From: Spirochaetia bacterium
GTDB taxonomy: Bacteria > Spirochaetota > Spirochaetia > SZUA-6 > Bin103
Direction of reading: 5' to 3'
DNA: 64,000 nucleotides
NCBI GenBank assembly: GCA_965203905.1
Contig: CBDBDQ010000005.1
Location: forward strand, 512,001-576,000
A program made the position numbers and the translations under genes. How positions within the stretch are numbered: the stretch's first letter is position 1; each line of letters starts with the position of its first letter. The notes beneath the pieces were generated by a model, which saw only the letters and a list, made by a program, of their open reading frames with translations, had not been told where the DNA came from and did no database searches. Below are positions 9,155 to 19,069 of this stretch, piece after piece.

Positions 9155-10135
9155 TCAGTCCGCGGCCGCCGCCTGCATGACGGCTCTCATGTAGCCCAGG
9201 GCGAACGCCTTGGCCGGCCATTGCTCGGGGCCCCCCGCCATCTCCGGCACGTGGTCCTCCACCATGGGGCCGTCGAAGCCGACCTCGCGGAAGGCTCGCA
9301 TCGCCCGCACCATGTCCACGTACCCCTCGTCGATGAACGTCTCCGCGAATGCGGGCACCGTGCCGGTCACGTTCCTGAAGTGCACGTAGTGGAACTTGCC
9401 GCGGGTGCCGAAGTAACGGATCGCCTCGAACACGTCCCCCGGCATCGCCGCGATCGTTCCCACGCAGAAGGTGAGGCCGTTGGCGTCGCTGGGCACGATG
9501 TCGACCACGCGTCTGAGCGCCGCGTGGTTGCGGAACACCCGAGCCACGCCGCCGATCGGAGACACCGGCGGGTCGTCCGGATGCAAGGCCAGCTTTACGC
9601 CGGCATCCTCGGCGACCGGGACCACCCGCTCCAGGAACCAGGAGACGTTGTCCCACACCTGCCGGTCGGTCACCTCCAGCGACCGGTCGACCGGCGGATC
9701 CCAGAAGTCCTGCGTGGCCGCGCGGATCTGGTCGTGGTCGAAGCTGGTCACCCTCGCGCCGCCCCTGCCGGGCGTGCTGCGTGAGGTGCGCAGGCCGTAG
9801 TTGCCCATGGAGCTGCGCAGCGAGAAGAAGTAGCAGATGACCGGCACCCCGGCCGCTCCCAGGTTCTCGATGCTCTTGCACCAGCTCGTGAGCTGTTGGT
9901 CGCGGCCTGGGAGTCCCAGCTTGATTTGATGCGTCCACTGCTCGGGCATGCCGGCCACCGTCCACTTCAGGCCCGCGTCCTCGACCTGGTTGCGGGCGAT
10001 CATCAACTCCTGGAAGCCGTAGTAGCCGCGTTCCCGCGAGATATGGGAGGGGCCGCAAGCGTAGTCGGTCGCACCGACCTGCCGGCCGAAAGCAAGCACC
10101 TCGTCGGTCAACGGTCCCATTATCGCCAGCCTCAT
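9155..10135 (-). CDS. uxuA: Mannonate dehydratase (UxuA)-family protein, copy 1
   Basis: IKLGLPGRD, SIENLG.AG, WDN..WFLERVVPVAEDAGVKLALHPDDPP, NGLTFCVG, HFRNV, FAETFIDEG, DHVP. Confidence 0.8.
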   Translation of the reverse strand: MRLAIMGPLTDEVLAFGRQVGATDYACGPSHISRERGYYGFQELMIARNQVEDAGLKWTVAGMPEQWTHQIKLGLPGRDQQLTSWCKSIENLGAAGVPVICYFFSLRSSMGNYGLRTSRSTPGRGGARVTSFDHDQIRAATQDFWDPPVDRSLEVTDRQVWDNVSWFLERVVPVAEDAGVKLALHPDDPPVSPIGGVARVFRNHAALRRVVDIVPSDANGLTFCVGTIAAMPGDVFEAIRYFGTRGKFHYVHFRNVTGTVPAFAETFIDEGYVDMVRAMRAFREVGFDGPMVEDHVPEMAGGPEQWPAKAFALGYMRAVMQAAAAD

Positions 10136-10137
10136 CG

Positions 10138-10608
10138 TCAGCCCGTGTTCGACCAGCCGCCGTAGTCGCCGCCCTCGAAGGGTTGCTCGTATCCGAGCAG
10201 GGTGATCATGCTCAGCAGTTGTCCGCGATGGTGCGTGCCGTGGGTCACGAGGTGGAACACCTGATTCAGCCGGCGCTCCTCCGCGAGGACGCCGTGCTCA
10301 TGAGATTCTCTGGCGGCCGCGAGCCATGCGGCACCGGTAGCGGCCAAGCGGTGCCGGATTTGCTGCAGTGTTTCGGCCTCGTCGTACGGCGGCCAGGTCG
10401 GCGGCTCGATTCTCGGGCCGACGCAGCCGCTCCACGCTCCCATCACGTCGGCGACGTGGGAGAGCGTGCGATGGGGGGTGCGTAGTCCGAATCCGAAGTC
10501 GCGCCGGCACTCTTCCTCGGACAGGCCGGCAAAGAAGTCGAGCATTCGAAGATTGCACCATACCTCGTACTCCACGAGGTTGAAGATCGTATCCGAGTAG
10601 TCCTTCAT
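10138..10608 (-). CDS. DinB-family protein
   Basis: YEVWCN, TLSHVAD, HLVTHGTHHRGQLLSM..LLG (three-His DinB pattern). ATG overlaps the stop of upstream uxuA copy 2. Confidence 0.85.
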   Translation of the reverse strand: MKDYSDTIFNLVEYEVWCNLRMLDFFAGLSEEECRRDFGFGLRTPHRTLSHVADVMGAWSGCVGPRIEPPTWPPYDEAETLQQIRHRLAATGAAWLAAARESHEHGVLAEERRLNQVFHLVTHGTHHRGQLLSMITLLGYEQPFEGGDYGGWSNTG

Positions 10609-11594
10609 CGGGCTCGATCCGCCTCCGCCGCCTGCATGACGGCTCTCATGTAGCCCAGCGCGAACGCCTTGGCCGGCCACTGCTCGGGGCCGCCGGCCAT
10701 CTGCGGCACGTGGTCCTCCACCATGGGGCCGTCGAAGCCGACCTCGCGGAAGGCGCCCATCGCCTGCACCATGTCCACGCACCCCTCGTCGACGAACGTC
10801 TCGGCGAACGTGGGCACCGTACCGGTCACGTTCCTGAAGTGCACGAAGTGGATCTTGTCGCGGGTGCCGAAACAGCGAATCGCATCGAATACGTCACCCG
10901 GCATCTCCGCGATCGTTCCGACGCAGAAAGTGAGGCCGTTGGCGTCGCTGGGCACCATGTCGACCACGCGCTTGAGCGCGGCGTGATCGCGGACCACTCG
11001 TGCTACGCCGCCGATGGGAGACACCGGCGGGTCGTCCGGATGCAGGGCCAGCTTGACGCCGGCATCCTCGGCGACCGGGACCACCCGCTCCAGGAACCAG
11101 GTGACGTTGTCCCACATCTGCTGGTCGGTGACCTCCAGCGAGCGGTCGACCGGCGGGTCCCAGAAGTCCTGCGTGGCCGAGCGGATCTGGTCGTGGTCGA
11201 AGCTGGTCACTCGCGCGCCGCCCCTGCCCGGGGTGGTGCGCGAGGTGCGCAGGCCGTAGTTGCCCATGGCGCTGCGCAGCGCGAAGCAGTAGCTGATGAC
11301 CGGCACGCCGGCCGCTCCCAGGTTCTCGATGCTCTTGCACCAACTCGCAAGCTGTTGGTCACGGCCCGGCAGACCCAGCTTGATCTGGTGCGTCCACTCC
11401 TCCGGCATACCACACACCGACCACTTGAGGCCCGCGTCCTCGACGCGGTTGCGGGCGATCATCAGCTCCTGGAAGCCGTAGTAGCCCCGCTCCCGCGAGA
11501 TGGCGGGTGGGCCGCTCACGTAGTCGGTGGCGCCGACCTGCCTGCCGAAGGCAAGCACCTCGTCACGCAACGGCCCCTGTATCGCCAGCCTCAT
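10605..11594 (-). CDS. uxuA: Mannonate dehydratase (UxuA)-family protein, copy 2
   Basis: Same motifs as copy 1 and highly similar over its full length; RBS AGGAGG. Confidence 0.8.
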   Translation of the reverse strand: MRLAIQGPLRDEVLAFGRQVGATDYVSGPPAISRERGYYGFQELMIARNRVEDAGLKWSVCGMPEEWTHQIKLGLPGRDQQLASWCKSIENLGAAGVPVISYCFALRSAMGNYGLRTSRTTPGRGGARVTSFDHDQIRSATQDFWDPPVDRSLEVTDQQMWDNVTWFLERVVPVAEDAGVKLALHPDDPPVSPIGGVARVVRDHAALKRVVDMVPSDANGLTFCVGTIAEMPGDVFDAIRCFGTRDKIHFVHFRNVTGTVPTFAETFVDEGCVDMVQAMGAFREVGFDGPMVEDHVPQMAGGPEQWPAKAFALGYMRAVMQAAEADRAR

Positions 11595-11675
11595 CGTCAG
11601 CCTCCTGACCGCGTCACCCTACAAGCCCCCAGGGAGCAGGTAAAGGAAGCGTCAGGGCAACGGGCGGCTGGCGCG

Positions 11676-12524
11676 TCAGTAGCTGCCCTTGGGCACGCCG
11701 GCCCAGCGCTGCTCCCACTCGGCACAAGGGACCACCGCCGCCGGATTGCGCGGACTGCGGGCGATGAAGCCCTTGGCCCTGCCCGAATCGGTGGCACGGT
11801 CGGTGGCCTCGTAGCGGACGTCCAGTGACCAGCGCACCGCGTCGGAGCGGTTGGGCAGCGCGCGGTGCGGAGTCTTCTGGGTGAAGCACAGCAGGTCGCC
11901 CGGCTGCATCTCGATGGACACGCCCTGCAAGCCCTGCCGGTCCTGCGGAGAAAGGCCGAGGAAGCCGGTCTCCTGGTCGTGGTGGCCGGCGAACAACGGC
12001 CCGCGGTGCGTGCGCGGCGCCACCTGCAGGCAGCTATTGTGCTCGCTGACCGCCTGCAGCGGGTACCACAGCGAGAGCACGTGGCCGTCCGCGGCGTCGC
12101 GGTAGTACTGGGCGTCCTGGTGCCACGGGGTGCGGGTCCAGACCTGGTCCGGCAGCTTGGGCCGGGCGTTGAAGATGCCGTGCACCGAGACCTCCGACGT
12201 GCCGAGCAGGTCCGCGGCTACATCCAGGAGCGCCGGGTGCACCAGGATCCGGTACATCTCCGGGCTCACCAGGTCGCGGCGCGGGCTGCGGATGTACTTG
12301 GGCCTGCCGGCCTCGTGCCACACCTGCACCAGCCGGTGCCGGAAGTCCAGGTCCCGCCGCGGGTCGGCAATGCGTCCCTCTTCGAGCCACTGGGCGATCG
12401 TCTCGTCGGCCCAGCGGGCCAGCACGTGCTCGGTAAGGCTCAGGAGGTCGCGCGGCACCACCCCGCGCAGGTGCAGGTAGCCTTCGCGGCGGTAGAAATC
12501 TCGTTGCTGCGCGGTAACGGTCAG
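11676..12524 (-). CDS. Phytanoyl-CoA dioxygenase (PhyH)-family protein; start uncertain
   Basis: WHQD...NSCLQVAPRTH...GDLLCF...HRALPNRS..RWSLD. The frame stays open upstream of 12461 with the typical 'QRDFYRREGYLHLRGV' N-terminus but has no ATG (CTG at 12524). Confidence 0.85.
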   Translation of the reverse strand: MTVTAQQRDFYRREGYLHLRGVVPRDLLSLTEHVLARWADETIAQWLEEGRIADPRRDLDFRHRLVQVWHEAGRPKYIRSPRRDLVSPEMYRILVHPALLDVAADLLGTSEVSVHGIFNARPKLPDQVWTRTPWHQDAQYYRDAADGHVLSLWYPLQAVSEHNSCLQVAPRTHRGPLFAGHHDQETGFLGLSPQDRQGLQGVSIEMQPGDLLCFTQKTPHRALPNRSDAVRWSLDVRYEATDRATDSGRAKGFIARSPRNPAAVVPCAEWEQRWAGVPKGSY

Positions 12525-12544
12525 AGGGAATCGCCCCGGATCAG

Positions 12545-12590
12545 GAAAATGGGGGGCGGCAGGACTGCCACTGCAGCCCTGCCGGTCCCA
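12545..12590 (-). terminator. Probable intrinsic terminator or stabilising hairpin after the SBP gene
   Basis: Minus strand GGCAGGGCTGC-AGTG-GCAGTCCTGCC followed by ...ATTTTCC. Confidence 0.45.
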
Positions 12591-12612
12591 CCTGCGGAGT
12601 CGAGAGAGGGAT

Positions 12613-14202
12613 TTAGCGGTAGTCGCCGACCTCGCTCAGGAAGCGGCTGTGCGCCGCGTGGTGCAACTCGACGTAGCGGTCGATGCCCATGTTCTTCATC
12701 TGCTGCACGTAGCCGTCCCACTCCTTGTCGATATCGCCGGCGCCGGTGATCCAGCGCGCCTGGTTGGTCTTCCACAGCTTCTCGATATCGGTGCGCAGGG
12801 TGTTGACCTCGGTCTGCTCGTCGGAGGCGAACTCGGCGCGCACCCACTGCTCCTTGGCCTTGAACCGCACGTAGTGCTCGTAATACTGGTCGAACAGGAA
12901 CTGGGTGGCCGTATCCATCGCCAGGTTGGGCCCGAAGTCGTCCTCGCGGAAGATGCTCGGGAAGGTACCGGCGGTGGCGATCTGCGCGCGCCGCTCGGGA
13001 TCGATTGGCTGCGGCACCCATACGCCGTTCTCCTGCGCGATGCCCTCGGGCGCGAACCCGAACTGCGCCTGCACGCTGTTCTCCAGCGTGTAGAAGCGGT
13101 CCACGAACGCCATGGTGTGCTGCGGATAGGGGTTGACGTCGGTCATGAACCACACGTTCTTGATCGCCAGCCGGCCCGGATGCACCCACATCTCCGGCTC
13201 GTAGCCGGGCGCGCGCAGCGGCGGGATCGACTCGAACTCGCCGCGGTTGGCGGTCGCATCGTTCACCGGGGTGAACCCGCGCCGCGCAATCACGAAGCCG
13301 TAGATGTTGCCGGAGGGATCGTCCACCTTGGCGTTGAAGTCGTTGGAGTTCATGGTGAAGCTCTCCGGATCGATCAGCCCCTCGCTGTACAGGTCCGCCA
13401 TGTAGGTGATCAGGTCCCGGTAGCCCTGCGTGATCGGCGCGAAGTAGGCCTGGCCGTCGCGGATCGCGATGCCGTTCTTGGTGGGCATGCCCCAGATGCC
13501 GTACATCGAGCGCAGGTGCTGGGCGAAGCCGTCGTTGACCACGAACGCGAACGGAATCTCGTCCGCCTTGCCGTTGCCGTTGGGGTCGCCGTCGCGGAAC
13601 GCGATCAGCACGTCACGCAACTCGCCGGTGGTGGTCGGCGCGTCCAGGCCCAGGGCGTCGAGCCAGCGCCGGTTGATCATGTAGTTCTGCTCCAGGTAGT
13701 TGGACTCCAGGAAGTGGAACCGCGCCAGCGCCTGCATCTGCCCCTGCGGGTTCATCATGTAGGCCAGCGCCTCCGGCTTCTCGGCGAAGATCCGGTCCAG
13801 GTTCGGCGTGTAGCCCTTGCCGAGGTGCTGGCGCAGGTCGGTCACCACGCCCTCCTGCAGCAACTGCGCGATCAGGTTCTTGTGCAGGCCGGTGACGCCG
13901 AACATCATGTCCGGATAGTCGTCCGACGCGAACACGATCGACATCTTCTCGGTGCTGTCCATCAGCACCCACTCCAGGTTCACGCCGGTCGGCTCGCGCC
14001 AGCTCTGCACCCAGGGGTTGTCGTCGGGGTCGTGGGTCCAGGTATGGCCGGCCACCATGGAAATCTCCGGCTGTACCGGGAATATGCCGGGCGCCGTCAG
14101 CTCGTCCGCCGCGGCCCCTGCCTCGTCTTCGCCCGATGCGAACAGTGCCGCCGGCGTCGCCAGCAGCACCGCCGCACAGATCAATGTGAATGCTCTTTGC
14201 AT
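12613..14202 (-). CDS. Carbohydrate ABC transporter solute-binding protein
   Basis: RBS AAGGAGG, signal peptide MQRAFTL...ASGEDEA, INRRWLDALGLDAPTT..L..F..GDPNGNGKADEIP. Confidence 0.9.
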   Translation of the reverse strand: MQRAFTLICAAVLLATPAALFASGEDEAGAAADELTAPGIFPVQPEISMVAGHTWTHDPDDNPWVQSWREPTGVNLEWVLMDSTEKMSIVFASDDYPDMMFGVTGLHKNLIAQLLQEGVVTDLRQHLGKGYTPNLDRIFAEKPEALAYMMNPQGQMQALARFHFLESNYLEQNYMINRRWLDALGLDAPTTTGELRDVLIAFRDGDPNGNGKADEIPFAFVVNDGFAQHLRSMYGIWGMPTKNGIAIRDGQAYFAPITQGYRDLITYMADLYSEGLIDPESFTMNSNDFNAKVDDPSGNIYGFVIARRGFTPVNDATANRGEFESIPPLRAPGYEPEMWVHPGRLAIKNVWFMTDVNPYPQHTMAFVDRFYTLENSVQAQFGFAPEGIAQENGVWVPQPIDPERRAQIATAGTFPSIFREDDFGPNLAMDTATQFLFDQYYEHYVRFKAKEQWVRAEFASDEQTEVNTLRTDIEKLWKTNQARWITGAGDIDKEWDGYVQQMKNMGIDRYVELHHAAHSRFLSEVGDYR

Positions 14203-14262
14203 TGCATCCCTCCTTGGGAAATGTTTGTCCCGCACAGGCGGGACCCGTTCCCTGAGAAAATA

Positions 14263-15165
14263 CTAACCCTTGATGGAACCGACCATGATGCCCTTGACGA
14301 AGTGACGCTGGATGAAGGGGTAGAGGATCATCAGCGGGGCGATGGCTACCACAATGGTACCGTATCGCAGCAGATCGGCAAGGAGCTGCCGGCGCTGGAT
14401 CTCCTCCGGCGACAGCGCCTCCAGGCCCTCGCCGCCGCCGGACAGGAGCTGGTTGAGGATCAGCATGCGCCGCAGCACGAGCTGCAGCGGGTACTTGGCC
14501 TGGTCGTTGATGAACAGCAGGGCGTGGAAGAAGGCGTTCCAGTTCTGCACCACGTTGAACAGCACCACGATGGCGATGATCGCCTGGCCGACCGGCAGCA
14601 CGATGCTGATGAAGAAGCGCGTGTTGGTGCAGCCGTCGAGCTGCGCCGACTCCAGCAGCTCGTCGGGGATGTTGGACTGGAAGAAGGTGCGGGCCACGAT
14701 CAGGTTGAACACGTTGACGGCGTTGGGCAGCATCAGCGACCACACCGAGTCCTTGAGGCCGAGCTTGAGCACCACCACGTAGAACGGAATGATGCCGCCG
14801 GTAAAGTACAGGGTGAACACGAAGTAGAACATGATCAGCCCGCGCCAGCGCATGTCGCGGCGCGACAGGGCGTAGGCGGCGGGAATGGTGAGCACCAGCG
14901 ATACGATGGTCTGGCCGACCGCGTAGATGAGCGAGTTGCGGTAGCCGATCATGATGCGCTTGTCGCGCAGGATGTAGCTGTAGCCCTCGACGTTGAAGCC
15001 CTCCGGCCACAGGTAGACATGGCCGGCGGACACCATGGTCGGGGAGCTGACCGACGCGATCACCACGAAGTAGACCGGATACAGGGTGGCGGCCAGGATC
15101 ACCGTGAGCATGGCAACGTTGACGCGGTCGAACGCCCGGTCGGCGCGGCTGCGAAAATCTACCAC
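14263..15165 (-). CDS. Carbohydrate ABC transporter permease
   Basis: AYALSR, FTGGIIPFY, IPDELLESAQLDG, YPFIQRHFVKGIMVGSIKG. Confidence 0.92.
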   Translation of the reverse strand: MVDFRSRADRAFDRVNVAMLTVILAATLYPVYFVVIASVSSPTMVSAGHVYLWPEGFNVEGYSYILRDKRIMIGYRNSLIYAVGQTIVSLVLTIPAAYALSRRDMRWRGLIMFYFVFTLYFTGGIIPFYVVVLKLGLKDSVWSLMLPNAVNVFNLIVARTFFQSNIPDELLESAQLDGCTNTRFFISIVLPVGQAIIAIVVLFNVVQNWNAFFHALLFINDQAKYPLQLVLRRMLILNQLLSGGGEGLEALSPEEIQRRQLLADLLRYGTIVVAIAPLMILYPFIQRHFVKGIMVGSIKG

Positions 15166-15172
15166 TGGGCCG

Positions 15173-16150
15173 CTACCACAGGGAGGTCTGGCCGACGCGG
15201 CGCGCGAGCCGGTTGGCCAGCACCAGGATGGCGAAGTTCACCACCGTCTCCAGCAGGCCTACCGCGGTGGCGTAGTCGTACTGCGACTGCAGGATGCCGG
15301 AGCGGTAGGTGTAGGTGGCCACCACCTCCAGGGTGGAGAGGTTGAGGTCGTTCTGCATCAGCAGCACCTTCTCGAAACCGATGGTCAGGAGCTGGCCGAG
15401 GCGCATGATGAACAGGATCACGATGGTGGGCATGATCCAGGGGAGGTCGACGTGCCAGATGATCTGCAGCTTGTTGGCGCCGTCGCAGAATGCGGCTTCG
15501 CGCAGCGACGGATCGACGGCGCTGAGGGCGGCCAGGAAGATGATGGCGTTGAAACCCGCGTTCTGCCACAGCTCCGACAGCACGAACAGTGACGGCCCCC
15601 AGGCCGGGCTGGCCATGAAGAAGATCGCTTCGCCGCCGAGGAGCTGGATGATCGAATTCACCACGCCGATGCGCGGGCTCAGGAAGAAGTACATGATGCT
15701 GACCACCACCACCGTCGAGATGAAGTGCGGGGCGTAGGTCACCATCTGCACCGTCTTCTTGAAGAAGCGGCTGCGCGCCTCGTTGATCATCAGCGCCAGC
15801 GCCAGCGGGATCGGCCAGGTGGCGAGGCTGTACAGCGAGATGACGATGGTGTTGCGGATGACGGGGATGAAGTAGGCGGAGTTGAAGAAGCGGATGAAGT
15901 GGGCGAATTCGTTCCACTCCGGGGCCGAGCGCCCGGTGCGCAGCGAGAAGCCGTCGGTAAAGGCGATGCGCAGCCCGTAGATCGGCAGGTAGCGGAACAG
16001 CAGCACATGGATGATGGCCGGCAGCACGAATGCGTACAGCTCCCAGGAGCGCAGCAGGTAGCGCACCGTTTCCCGTACCTTCTCGCCCGCTGACCGGCGC
16101 TGCAGCTCGGCCACCGCGCCGGTGGTGCTTTCAGTTCTGTCCTTTGCCAT
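15173..16150 (-). CDS. Carbohydrate ABC transporter permease
   Basis: TYAPHFISTVVVV, WQNAGFNAIIFLAAL, SLREAAFCDGA, GFEKVLLMQN. Start MAKDR. Confidence 0.92.
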   Translation of the reverse strand: MAKDRTESTTGAVAELQRRSAGEKVRETVRYLLRSWELYAFVLPAIIHVLLFRYLPIYGLRIAFTDGFSLRTGRSAPEWNEFAHFIRFFNSAYFIPVIRNTIVISLYSLATWPIPLALALMINEARSRFFKKTVQMVTYAPHFISTVVVVSIMYFFLSPRIGVVNSIIQLLGGEAIFFMASPAWGPSLFVLSELWQNAGFNAIIFLAALSAVDPSLREAAFCDGANKLQIIWHVDLPWIMPTIVILFIMRLGQLLTIGFEKVLLMQNDLNLSTLEVVATYTYRSGILQSQYDYATAVGLLETVVNFAILVLANRLARRVGQTSLW

Positions 16151-16236
16151 GGTCGTTTGGGTGCCGCGCCACCTTACCGGCAGCGGACGCAGCCCCGCAA
16201 TACACACCGCTAAACTTGAGAAATAGAAACGCCGGA

Positions 16237-16477
16237 CCGCCGGTGACGCCGGCCGACCGGTCCCTGCTGGACGCTGGTGATCCTGCACCCCTTCATGCTG
16301 CACGCCTCGTCCCACAACCACTCCGGACGGCCGCGCTTCATGTCCAATCCTCCGATCGTGCTGCGCGAGCCGATGCAGTTGCAGCGGGCAACCCTGCACG
16401 CCCTCGGCGTCGACCGCTACGACTTCCAACCCACCGCACCGCGCGAGTCGTACTGGAAGCTCCACCACGCCGCGTAG
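16237..16477 (+). pseudogene. C-terminal fragment of a PhyH-family dioxygenase
   Basis: VILHPFMLHASSHNHSGRPRFMSNPP resembles the distal His/Arg region of PhyH proteins; no N-terminal part present. Confidence 0.55.
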
Positions 16478-16505
16478 CCGCGGCGCAGGACACGCTCGCA
16501 CATCA

Positions 16506-16560
16506 TTCGACTACAATCGAAAATATCCATATTTTGCTCAGTTTTTCCGATATAGTCGAA
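16506..16560 (+). promoter_or_regulatory. AT-rich promoter with imperfect inverted repeat and -10 box (TATAGT) 6 nt before the ATG
   Basis: TTCGACTACAATCGAAAA (16506-16523) vs TTTTCCGATATAGTCGAA (16543-16560); TATAGT at 16551-16556. Confidence 0.55.
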
Positions 16561-16562
16561 AT

Positions 16563-17822
16563 ATGATCGAGATCCATCGCGAGCACTACCACACTCGACT
16601 GCGCCAATTCCTCGATGCCCCGGTCATCACCGCGGTCACGGGCCTGCGTCGCGTCGGCAAGAGCGTGCTGCTGCGCCAGTTCGCGGCCACGCTGCGCCAC
16701 GAGCGCCAGGTCGTGTACGTCGACATGGAGTCGCTCGAGTTCGACCAGGTGCGCTCGGCGCGCGACCTCGTCGACCTGGTGGAGGCCACCACGCAGCGCG
16801 ACCGGCCGCGGGTGGTGATTATCGACGAGGTGCAGGAGATTGCGGGCTGGGAGCGCGCCGTGGCCTCCCTGAACGGTCAGGAACGCACCCAGGTGGTGGT
16901 CTCGGGATCCAATGCGCAGATGCTCTCGTCGGAGCTCGCCACCCACATCGCCGGGCGCTACGTGACGCTGCAGGTATTCCCCCTCAACCTGGCCGAGTTC
17001 GAAGAGCTGTACCGGCAGCGCACTGGCGCAACGCCGGAGACGGCGGAACTGATCCACCGGTACCTGCGCATCGGCGGACTGCCAGGACTGCTGCACACCG
17101 ATCTGAGCGACCTGGTGATCCAGCAGATGCTCACCGACATCGTCAACACCATCTTCATCCGCGACGTCATTCGGCGCCATCGAATCCGCGACGTTCCGCT
17201 GTTCGAGGCAGTTGCCCGCTTCGCCGTGGACGGCGTGGGCAGCCTGATGTCGGCGAAGCGCATCGCCGACTACCTGAAGAGCCAGCGGCGCTCCGCATCC
17301 GTCGACACCGTGCTGAACTATCTCGCCCATCTCGGCGACGCGTTCCTGCTCAACTCCGTACCACGATTCGACCTGCGCGGCAGGAAGCTGCTGCAGGTGA
17401 ACCCCAAGTACTACCTGGGCGACGTCGGACTGCGTAACGGAATGGTCGGCCACCGGGAGAGCGACATCGGAGGAGTCCTCGAGAACCTGGTCTATTTGGA
17501 GCTCACACGCCGTGGCTACCACGTGACCGTAGGCGCTGCCGGATCGCGCGAGATCGACTTCGTGGCCGAGAACACCTCCGGGCGCTGCTATATACAGGTG
17601 GCCTACCTGCTGGAGTCGCCAGCCACCATCGAGCGTGAGCTGAGCGCCTTCGCCGCGGTCTCCGACGCCTACCCCCGGATTCTGCTCTCCCTCGATCCCC
17701 ATCAACCCGCCGACTTCGCGGGGGTCAGCCATCGCTCGTTGACCGACTTCTTCCGGGGCTGTCCCCTGGATGGTCCGGATGGGGAGTCTCGCGCTCCCGT
17801 ACGGCAGGATCTGATAGATTAG
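16563..17822 (+). CDS. ATP-binding protein, AAA_14 + DUF4143
   Basis: TGLRRVGKS, IIDEVQ, VSGSNA, IAGRY, GGLP, KYYLGDVG, LENLVYLEL, EIDFV, YIQVAY. Confidence 0.9.
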   Translation: MIEIHREHYHTRLRQFLDAPVITAVTGLRRVGKSVLLRQFAATLRHERQVVYVDMESLEFDQVRSARDLVDLVEATTQRDRPRVVIIDEVQEIAGWERAVASLNGQERTQVVVSGSNAQMLSSELATHIAGRYVTLQVFPLNLAEFEELYRQRTGATPETAELIHRYLRIGGLPGLLHTDLSDLVIQQMLTDIVNTIFIRDVIRRHRIRDVPLFEAVARFAVDGVGSLMSAKRIADYLKSQRRSASVDTVLNYLAHLGDAFLLNSVPRFDLRGRKLLQVNPKYYLGDVGLRNGMVGHRESDIGGVLENLVYLELTRRGYHVTVGAAGSREIDFVAENTSGRCYIQVAYLLESPATIERELSAFAAVSDAYPRILLSLDPHQPADFAGVSHRSLTDFFRGCPLDGPDGESRAPVRQDLID

Positions 17823-17829
17823 CAGGGCG

Positions 17830-18993
17830 ATGCGCCTCACTCACCTCACGCTGAGGAACTGGCGGAACTTCAAGCAGGCGGACTTCGACATGCAGGACCG
17901 GATGTTCGTCATCGGCCCCAACGCATCCGGCAAATCCAATCTGCTGGACGCACTGCGGTTTCTCCGGCAGGTCGCGTCACCCGGCGGTGGCTTCCAGAAC
18001 GCAGTGGTGACACGGGGAGGCATGTCTCGAGTGCGCTGTCTCGCCGCCAGGAACTTCAACCACAGCCACGCCACCATGGGAGTTACCATCGGCGACGACG
18101 AACGACCCTCCCGATGGTCATACCAGATCACCTTCACGGCCGAGTCGCGCGGTCGCCATCGCCCGATTCTCAGAAGCGAGACTGTCGAGAGAGACGGCGA
18201 GACTGTCCTCCGGCGGCCAACCACGGAAGACACCGACGATCCCGAGCGGATGACGCAGACACACCTGGAGCAGGTCAACGCCAACCGCGAATTCCGCGAG
18301 ATCGTCGACTACCTGGGGTCGATCCGATACCTGCATCTGGTTCCGCAGTTGATCCGCGAGCCGGACCGCGGCGGCGACCGCAGCGACGATCCCTACGGTG
18401 CCGACTTCCTGCTCAGGATGGCCAAGACGCCAGCGCGGACACGCACTCGCAGGCTGCACCGGATCAGCCAATCCCTTAGACTGGCGGTCCCTCAGTTGGA
18501 CCAGCTTGACCTGGTTCAGGACGAGATCGGTCACTGGCACTTGCAGGCACGTTACGAACATTGGCGGCCGCAACCTGCCAGACAGAACGAGCAGGATTTT
18601 TCGGACGGTACGCTACGCTTGATAGGCCTGCTGTGGTCGCTGCTCGAAGGCAGGAGAAACGCAGGGCCGGTGCTGCTGGAAGAGCCGGAGCTGTCCCTGC
18701 ACTCGTCGGTGGTCCGGCAGCTTCCGACGATTCTCGCCCGGATTCGCAGGGCCGGCGGTCCGCAGGTTCTGCTGACGACGCACGCAACGGACATCCTGCA
18801 AGACCCGGGTCTCGGCAAGGATGAGGTCGTGCTCCTGACGCCGGAAGCGGAAGGCACGGAGGCCGAGGCGGCTGGCTCGATTCCAGACATCCAGGCGCTG
18901 CTCGACGCGGGCATGAGTCTGGCGGACATTCTCGCCCCGAGAACCGCGCCGCCGGAGGTGCATGATCTTCCCAACCGTCTCGCACCCGCATGA
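17830..18993 (+). CDS. AAA_21/ABC-type (SMC/RecF-like) ATPase of the defence-associated type
   Basis: LRNWRNFK, GPNASGKSNLLDALRFL, FSDGTLR, LLEEPELSLH, QVLLTTH. Confidence 0.88.
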   Translation: MRLTHLTLRNWRNFKQADFDMQDRMFVIGPNASGKSNLLDALRFLRQVASPGGGFQNAVVTRGGMSRVRCLAARNFNHSHATMGVTIGDDERPSRWSYQITFTAESRGRHRPILRSETVERDGETVLRRPTTEDTDDPERMTQTHLEQVNANREFREIVDYLGSIRYLHLVPQLIREPDRGGDRSDDPYGADFLLRMAKTPARTRTRRLHRISQSLRLAVPQLDQLDLVQDEIGHWHLQARYEHWRPQPARQNEQDFSDGTLRLIGLLWSLLEGRRNAGPVLLEEPELSLHSSVVRQLPTILARIRRAGGPQVLLTTHATDILQDPGLGKDEVVLLTPEAEGTEAEAAGSIPDIQALLDAGMSLADILAPRTAPPEVHDLPNRLAPA

Positions 18994-19069
18994 CGGTGGT
19001 GTCGCGAATGGAATCTGGTAGTCCGTCCGCGTCCGAAACCCGTTGTCATCCAGGTGGTATGCTGTGGGG

